Shown here: positions 58,436 through 64,000 of the stretch, piece after piece
Layout: the number at the start of each line of letters is the position of its first letter
Position numbering within the stretch: the stretch's first letter is position 1
Assembly: GCA_050179755.1 (NCBI GenBank)
Contig: JBFXEV010000001.1
Location: 1,001,994-1,065,993 of the forward strand
Source: Candidatus Babeliales bacterium
GTDB lineage: Bacteria > Babelota > Babeliae > Babelales > JBFXEV01
DNA length: 64,000 nucleotides
Direction: 5' to 3'
The notes under the pieces: generated by a model
Database searches by the model: none
What the model was told of the DNA's origin: nothing
The model's input: only the letters and a program-made list of their open reading frames with translations
Position numbers and translations under genes: made by a program

Positions 58436-58827
58436 TGTTGCGCAGCTTGTGCTTTATGACTTGCTATCGATCTTTGTATAAGAAATTGCATTCGTTCCAT
58501 GTACCTCTCACCAAGATCATTTTCATAGAAGTTGGCAATTTGTAAAGCATGGAGCAACAAATCGGGAAGTACTTCATTAATTAACTGTGCAGGATCAGGT
58601 TCTATTTTTCCATGCTCCTTAACTTCACAGTATGTCGCCATTTTACCCGTTGTTTTAACAAGATGAAGTAAGATATGTCGTAATTTCTCAAAATCATGAT
58701 TGATTTCAAAGTATTTTTCATCAAACTCATATTGAAATAGTTGTGCATCATGGGTATTGATAACAGTTGCATGCGTATAAGAAGTAGATGCTGTAAAAGC
58801 GAGGATAAAAAGTAATCGTTTCGTGAT
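58432..58827 (-). CDS. MazG-like helical protein with a signal peptide; non-canonical (ATC) or mutated start
   Basis: Frame open from 58839: ITKRLLFILAFTASTSYTHA...LRHILLHLVKTTGKMA...EVLPDLLLHALQIAN. Confidence 0.55.
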   Translation of the reverse strand: MTKRLLFILAFTASTSYTHATVINTHDAQLFQYEFDEKYFEINHDFEKLRHILLHLVKTTGKMATYCEVKEHGKIEPDPAQLINEVLPDLLLHALQIANFYENDLGERYMERMQFLIQRSIASHKAQAAQH

Positions 58828-58943
58828 GTTACAGTTTCTCTATTATAAAGCTAAAAGAGTTTTGACATGAGTAGTGCTATGGCATTATTCTTAGAAAATA
58901 GTATACTGGAATTTCAAAATATTTTCCGCTACTAAAGGCTTTT

Positions 58944-59882
58944 ATGTCTATTCTAAAAGTACAAAACCTCACAAAAACGTTCACATCTGGTTGGTGGCCA
59001 TTCAGTGTGCGTAAAACTTATACTGCTGTGAATGGTATTTCTTTTGAAGTGCAAAAAGGTGAAATTGTAGGCTTTCTTGGCCCCAATGGCGCTGGTAAAA
59101 CCACTACTATTCAAATGCTTCTTGGCACATTAACGCCAACTTCTGGATCAATTTCTTTTTTTGGAAAAAATTTTGAACAGCATAAAATTGAAATTCTCAA
59201 AAAAGTTGGCTTTGCAAGTGGCTATGATAGACTGCCAGCGCGGTTAACCGTGTGGGAAAATTTAGACATTATTGGCCGTTTATATGGTGTGCCAGATCAA
59301 GAGCGCAGTGTGCGTATTGAAAATTTACTTACTTTTTTTGGTATGTGGCACATGCGTGATCATGAAATGGGTTCACTTTCTGCAGGGCAAGCAACGCGCG
59401 TATTGCTTGCAAAAGCATTTATTAATAATCCAGAAATAGTGTTGCTTGATGAGCCAACAGCATCACTTGACCCTGATATTGCATTTGAAGTGCGGCAATT
59501 TATTTTGGCGCAGCGTAAAGAACGGGGTGTTTCTATTTTGGTAACATCTCACAACATGGAAGAAGTTACTGAACTTTGTGATCGCGTTTTGGTGCTTAAA
59601 CAAGGTACTATTATTGCTGATAACACGCCAGAAATGCTTGCCACGTCAGTTTCTAAAGTTCGCGTGCATTTGACAGTGCTTTATGATAGCCCAGCACTTA
59701 TTGCTTATTTAACGCAAAATAAATTAATCTATGCGCAGCATGATGTAACGTTTTCAATTGAAGTTGATGAAACGAATATTGCTGCATTGCTTGCGGATTT
59801 GGCACAGTATAAAATTATGTATACACAAATTAGTATTGATAAACCTACGCTTGAAGATTATTTTTTAAGCATTGCAAAGTAA
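58944..59882 (+). CDS. ABC-2 type exporter ATP-binding protein
   Basis: GPNGAGKTT, LSAGQ, LLDEPT, SHNM. Confidence 0.95.
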   Translation: MSILKVQNLTKTFTSGWWPFSVRKTYTAVNGISFEVQKGEIVGFLGPNGAGKTTTIQMLLGTLTPTSGSISFFGKNFEQHKIEILKKVGFASGYDRLPARLTVWENLDIIGRLYGVPDQERSVRIENLLTFFGMWHMRDHEMGSLSAGQATRVLLAKAFINNPEIVLLDEPTASLDPDIAFEVRQFILAQRKERGVSILVTSHNMEEVTELCDRVLVLKQGTIIADNTPEMLATSVSKVRVHLTVLYDSPALIAYLTQNKLIYAQHDVTFSIEVDETNIAALLADLAQYKIMYTQISIDKPTLEDYFLSIAK

Positions 59883-59886
59883 CATT

Positions 59887-60681
59887 ATGTTTTCTTTATC
59901 CCCCATTTGGGCCATCGTGCTGCGTTATACCAGGTTATGGCGCCGTGATTTAAATTCATTATTATTTGCTTTTTATTGGCCTATTCTCGATGTGCTAGTC
60001 TGGGGGTTCATGGGTGCATGGATACAGAGCGCGCAGACTGACGGTTTTCAAAACTATCAAGCGGTTGCATTGCTTGGCATATTGCTTTGGCAAACGGCAT
60101 CGCGTGGAGCTAACGTTATTGGTATTGCCTTTATGGAAGAGTTATGGTCGGCAAACGTGGTGAATTTATTTTCACTGCCCATACGCATTAGGGAATGGAT
60201 TATGGGAGTAATTCTGTATACTATGATCATGATGCTCATGACCACGCTGTTTTCTATGGTTCTTATTTATCTATTGTATACTGTTTCAGTGCTGCAAGTC
60301 CTCAAAACATTTCTTATTTTTTTTCTTCCCATGTTTTTTTGTGGTATTTGGCTTGGGTTTACTATTTTGCAGCTTTTGGTGCTTTTGGGTAAACGTGGCA
60401 TGGAACTTGCCTTTGTGATTGCTTGGTTTTTACTGCCATTTAGTGGAGCGTTTTACCCTATTGATGTGTTGCCCTACTGGCTGCAAGTGGTGAGTAATGT
60501 ATTCCCTATGAACTATGTGTTTGAAGGAATGCGTGGTTATTTGATGCATCAACAAGATCCGACGCTCTATCTCATTAAAGGCTTTGTTTTAAGCGTCTTG
60601 TATGCTGCCTTTGCGATCGCTATGTTTGTGTATTGCTTTAACAGAAGTAAGCAAAAAGGGCTTGCTCGATTAGTGGATTGA
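59887..60681 (+). CDS. ABC-2 type exporter permease
   Basis: Six TM segments; FSGAFYPIDVLP. Confidence 0.9.
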   Translation: MFSLSPIWAIVLRYTRLWRRDLNSLLFAFYWPILDVLVWGFMGAWIQSAQTDGFQNYQAVALLGILLWQTASRGANVIGIAFMEELWSANVVNLFSLPIRIREWIMGVILYTMIMMLMTTLFSMVLIYLLYTVSVLQVLKTFLIFFLPMFFCGIWLGFTILQLLVLLGKRGMELAFVIAWFLLPFSGAFYPIDVLPYWLQVVSNVFPMNYVFEGMRGYLMHQQDPTLYLIKGFVLSVLYAAFAIAMFVYCFNRSKQKGLARLVD

Positions 60682-60767
60682 GCGTGGAGAAATGCTCACC
60701 TGCCAGGCTATTTACTCTATTGAAAACTTAGAATGCATAATGGACATGTTGCTTTAGAGAATTAACG

Positions 60768-61409
60768 ATGCGCAAAGTTTTTTGGGATAACCCCTATCAA
60801 CATACTCTTGTTACCAAAGTTGTCTCTGTAGATCGCGATATACTACTTTTTGAGTCAACGATTGCTTATTCTTTTGCTGGTGGACAGGAAAGTGATAAGG
60901 CTTTTGTTAATGGGATTTCTGTCTTAGATTCCAAAAGTGAGGGTAATCTCATTTACTATACTTTACCTGACGGTCATGAACTTAGAGTGGGCGATGAAGT
61001 TACCATGATAATTGATTGGCCACGTAGGCATAAACTGATGCGATTACATTTTGCGGCAGAACTAATTTTGGAAATAGTAACGCAAAAATATGGGCTAGAA
61101 AAAGTTGGTGCTCATATTGCAGAAACTAAATCTCGCATTGATTTTATCTCAGATACTAATATTTCTACACTATTTGATGCAATATTAAGCGAATATAGTC
61201 ACATAATTAGAAGTAATCTCCCTATAGAAAAAGGGTATTCAGATGTCCTGAATCAAAGGAGGTATTGGAAGATTGACAATTTTGCTCAGGTGCCTTGTGG
61301 TGGTACGCATGTTGACACAACAGGTGAAGTTGGATTTGTAACCTTAAAAAGGGACCGTCCGGGTAAATCAATTGAAAGAATTGAAATTAGGTTAGTTGAT
61401 TCATACTAG
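60768..61409 (+). CDS. alaX: Alanyl-tRNA editing protein AlaX
   Basis: GGQESD, IDWPRRHKLMRLHFAAE, PCGGTHV. Confidence 0.88.
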   Translation: MRKVFWDNPYQHTLVTKVVSVDRDILLFESTIAYSFAGGQESDKAFVNGISVLDSKSEGNLIYYTLPDGHELRVGDEVTMIIDWPRRHKLMRLHFAAELILEIVTQKYGLEKVGAHIAETKSRIDFISDTNISTLFDAILSEYSHIIRSNLPIEKGYSDVLNQRRYWKIDNFAQVPCGGTHVDTTGEVGFVTLKRDRPGKSIERIEIRLVDSY

Positions 61410-61656
61410 TTGTTGTAGCACTTATTTTTCTGGTGAAGTTGTATGGAAGATAGCATTTTGATTATACATTAGAACCCAACGATTACATGATGTTCGTGTT
61501 CTTTGCGAATGCTGTGGCATACCTGTTTTTTGGCTTTTAACGCCACCCTTAGATCATAGACTAAGTCGTAATTGGATATTTGCGGGTATAATCGGGTATA
61601 ATCGGATACATAGTTATACGCTTGGTAATCGCAACTATTTGTAAAGATAATAAAAA

Positions 61657-62088
61657 ATGTTAGCAAAAACCGTAGCAAAAATTCTTATTTTTTATCTTAA
61701 AGATGAAAAGCCGCTCCTTTTGGTTCTTACGCGTTCTGCAAGTTCCTCTGCACCAGGTCTTGGTGATTTGCCTGGTGGTAAAATTGAAGATCATGAATCG
61801 ATAGAAGAGGGTGCAAAAAGGGAAGTGATTGAGGAAACAGGCCTATGTTTGCAGGAACTGCACTCTATTTGTTCTTACACTATGCCGCATCCTTCTGGCA
61901 TTGATAAAATTGAACATTTATTTTGTGCCATTAGTGATATAAAAGATATCAGGCTTAATCCAGATGAGCATAGTGAGTATGATTGGATTACGCTTGATTA
62001 CTTATCAGCAAGCAAAATACATCCGGTAACACTTGGTGCAATTAAAGATCAGATCTCATCTATTGAGGACATGTTGCTTAAAAATTAA
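61657..62088 (+). CDS. Nudix hydrolase (paralog of 56864-57313)
   Basis: PGGKIEDHESIEEGAKREVIEETGL; EHSEYDW. Confidence 0.92.
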   Translation: MLAKTVAKILIFYLKDEKPLLLVLTRSASSSAPGLGDLPGGKIEDHESIEEGAKREVIEETGLCLQELHSICSYTMPHPSGIDKIEHLFCAISDIKDIRLNPDEHSEYDWITLDYLSASKIHPVTLGAIKDQISSIEDMLLKN

Positions 62089-62101
62089 CTGCTTCTGTGA
62101 A

Positions 62102-62827
62102 TCATTTTAGGTGATTTGCAAGTTCGGCAAATGCTTTTGGCGCTCGTTCATGCGTAATAAAGTTATAAATCTTGTGTGCACATTGCTCTGCTGTTAATTT
62201 GGAAGTATCAACGCGCAGGTCATAGTTGTTATCAAAGTGATCATGCACCGTTATATAATGGCTGCGCGCATGGCCTTCTACAAAGCTTCTACCGCGTGCT
62301 TTTTCACGCTCTTCTAATATTTCAATTGGGCAATCAACACCAATAAGGTATACGGTGGCGGCAGAGTGCCATGCTGCGTATAAATTGCTTATCCATGAAC
62401 GTTTATATGCAATGTAATCAACAATACAATTACTGCCTTGCTGTGCATAGGCTGCTATGGCATAATGCATGCCGTGCATTACTTTATCACCTTCGGGGCC
62501 CACGAGTAAAGTAAATAAGCGATTGCCTTGATCATCTTTCCCCACTTCGCCTTTCATAACAAGTTCGTGACTAATATCGTGGGGCAATTGTGGGCCAGTA
62601 ACAAATCGTAGGGGCAATACGCCTACAAAAAAAGAATCAAGCCCCATGCCTAAATAGGGTGTAGAAAAAAGTTTTTGTAATTCTTTTTGTATACTTGATT
62701 TGCCACTTGCTGATGCACCATTTAAAAGAATAATAATGGGTTTTGGTTGTTCAAGTTTGTTGCAGAGCACAAGCAGTGTTGTGAGAGCGCAGATGCTTAA
62801 AGCAATACTAATACTATATTTTTTCAT
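62102..62827 (-). CDS. Chloramphenicol phosphotransferase-like P-loop kinase with a hydrophobic N-terminus
   Basis: IILLNGASASGKSSI, NCIVD, EREKARG, YDLRVDTS. Confidence 0.85.
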   Translation of the reverse strand: MKKYSISIALSICALTTLLVLCNKLEQPKPIIILLNGASASGKSSIQKELQKLFSTPYLGMGLDSFFVGVLPLRFVTGPQLPHDISHELVMKGEVGKDDQGNRLFTLLVGPEGDKVMHGMHYAIAAYAQQGSNCIVDYIAYKRSWISNLYAAWHSAATVYLIGVDCPIEILEEREKARGRSFVEGHARSHYITVHDHFDNNYDLRVDTSKLTAEQCAHKIYNFITHERAPKAFAELANHLK

Positions 62828-62999
62828 ACTAAATAGTTGATCATTGGGTGAAATGTGGCTACCTTCTAATAATGTAACTTAGCATGTGGGAAACTGCAAA
62901 TGTGATAATAAGTTACCAATCGAATATTGGTGAGTGCGCACAGGTGATTGTTACAAAAGGCCACAATGAATTCTTTTAAAATCCAGCCTACGCTGAGGT

Positions 63000-63024
63000 C
63001 CGCTCATGCTGAGCTTGTCGAAGG
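63000..63024 (+). repeat. REP-like palindrome (family 2)
   Basis: CCGCTCATGCTGAGCTTGTCGAAGG. Confidence 0.55.
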
Positions 63025-63050
63025 AAGGCGGACTAGAGAGTGTCACTAAT

Positions 63051-63812
63051 ATGTGTACGCAACAATTTTTATTAACATGTCTTCTTTTTTTAAATGAAGG
63101 TACGGGGTTTAACGTTAACCAGATAACAGAAAATTGCCGTTTGTTTAATAGTGGTAGTGCTGTAGAAACATGCAATAGAGTGTTGCATAATGGCATACCC
63201 ACGTCTGCTGAAATATCGCTTATTAAAGAACAGTTTGGTAAATTGCCTTTTACGTGGGCAACTAATCCTGCGGATAAAAAGACGCATGCATTATTAGCAG
63301 CGCATGGCTTTACTTTGATTAATACGTTCCCCGCTATGTCAGTTTCTCTTACTGATTTTACGTGCTCTCCTTGTGATAATGATATTAGCATCCAAGAACT
63401 TACGCTTGCAGATCCAGAATTAATTGAATGGGCTTCAATCTTGGTGAGTTCCTTCTCTAATTTTGGGCATACCAAGCACGTGCTAAAAATGTTGCACACA
63501 TTCCAAGAACAATTAGGTTCAAAGACTTATACTATTTTTCTTGCTCGCTATAATGGTGAGCCTGCAGCAGCGGGGCTTGTAGTAATTCATGGGGAGATTG
63601 CGAGCTTGCATAAAATTGGCACGCGGCCAGAATTTCGCCATAAAGGATTGGGGTATGCAGTAACGCAAGCGCTCTTGGTACATGCAAAGAATAGAGGGTG
63701 TAAACAAGCTTTATTGATAGCATCTCCGCTTGGTAGGCCAGTATATGAACGGTTAGGGTTTAGAGAATATGCAACATATACGTTTTATCGCTATGGTAAA
63801 TTGCCTGAGTAG
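63051..63812 (+). CDS. GNAT-family N-acetyltransferase
   Basis: IGTRPEFRHKGLG, ASPLGRPVYERLGF. Confidence 0.88.
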   Translation: MCTQQFLLTCLLFLNEGTGFNVNQITENCRLFNSGSAVETCNRVLHNGIPTSAEISLIKEQFGKLPFTWATNPADKKTHALLAAHGFTLINTFPAMSVSLTDFTCSPCDNDISIQELTLADPELIEWASILVSSFSNFGHTKHVLKMLHTFQEQLGSKTYTIFLARYNGEPAAAGLVVIHGEIASLHKIGTRPEFRHKGLGYAVTQALLVHAKNRGCKQALLIASPLGRPVYERLGFREYATYTFYRYGKLPE

Positions 63813-63875
63813 GCACACTGTTGTAGTATTCTTGCTTTCGGAACAGTTTTTTTTTACGGAAAATGAAGGAGTTTT

Positions 63876-64000
63876 ATGATTGAATATATGGTTCGTCAAG
63901 TAATATTAGTAATAATAGTAGCGAGTCTTTTTGCAAATGTAACAGCTCAGACGTTGCTGCATTTATTTGAAGCGTTTCCTCAATTAAAAGCACAGATCCC
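63876..64000 (+). CDS. Start of an exported protein (3' truncated by the window edge)
   Basis: AAGGAG then MIEYMVRQVILVIIVASLFANVTAQ...; open to the window end. Confidence 0.6.
   Translation, partial: MIEYMVRQVILVIIVASLFANVTAQTLLHLFEAFPQLKAQI

Noticed and set aside
61469..61678. 69-aa ORF with a hydrophobic N-terminus
   Set aside because: Overlaps the divergent Nudix start; too little evidence to call.
56864..62088. Two oppositely oriented Nudix paralogs as ends of an invertible segment
   Set aside because: Similar at protein level only; no clear DNA inverted repeat or recombinase seen.
62951..63499. 182-aa ORF antisense to the GNAT gene
   Set aside because: Largely overlaps a well-supported gene and has no motifs.
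1..64000. CRISPR array, rRNA, intact transposase or prophage
   Set aside because: No regularly spaced repeats, rRNA-like sequence, or transposase/phage structural motifs were seen.

Overview
AT-rich bacterial chromosome segment, most consistent with an intracellular protist parasite of Candidatus Dependentiae (TM6/Babeliales). This placement is inferred from gene content: an NTT-type ATP/ADP translocase, many signal-peptide ankyrin proteins and housekeeping genes without biosynthetic operons. Core genes include secD, pgsA, an ATP-dependent DNA ligase, rsmG, gatCA, prs, dusB, mreC, msrAB, sppA, lepB, alaX and four tRNAs (Met, Val, Asn, Asp). The accessory content is rich. The main discovery candidate is a polymorphic toxin family present at two loci (27853-29610 and 51171-52946). 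Both toxins have the layout signal peptide, Hint domain with Gly in place of Cys1 and a retained His-Asn, hydrophobic segment, Cys/Pro linker ending in a shared TSCNWS motif, and a variable C-terminal tip. Both are followed by immunity-like genes, and the second locus carries silent orphan tips, one of which starts exactly at the TSCNWS junction. Other signals: a duplicated msrB 3' end bracketing toxin locus 1, a serine-integrase-like remnant running into tRNA-Asp, a recurrent signal-peptide|Met motif on about 13 orphan proteins, a tandem array of small secreted proteins with a hidden pseudogene, a RAPP-motif arrest-peptide candidate, Ku plus ligase (NHEJ), signal peptides on normally cytoplasmic enzymes, and two REP-like palindrome families. 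All family assignments come from motif recognition by eye; no searches were run.
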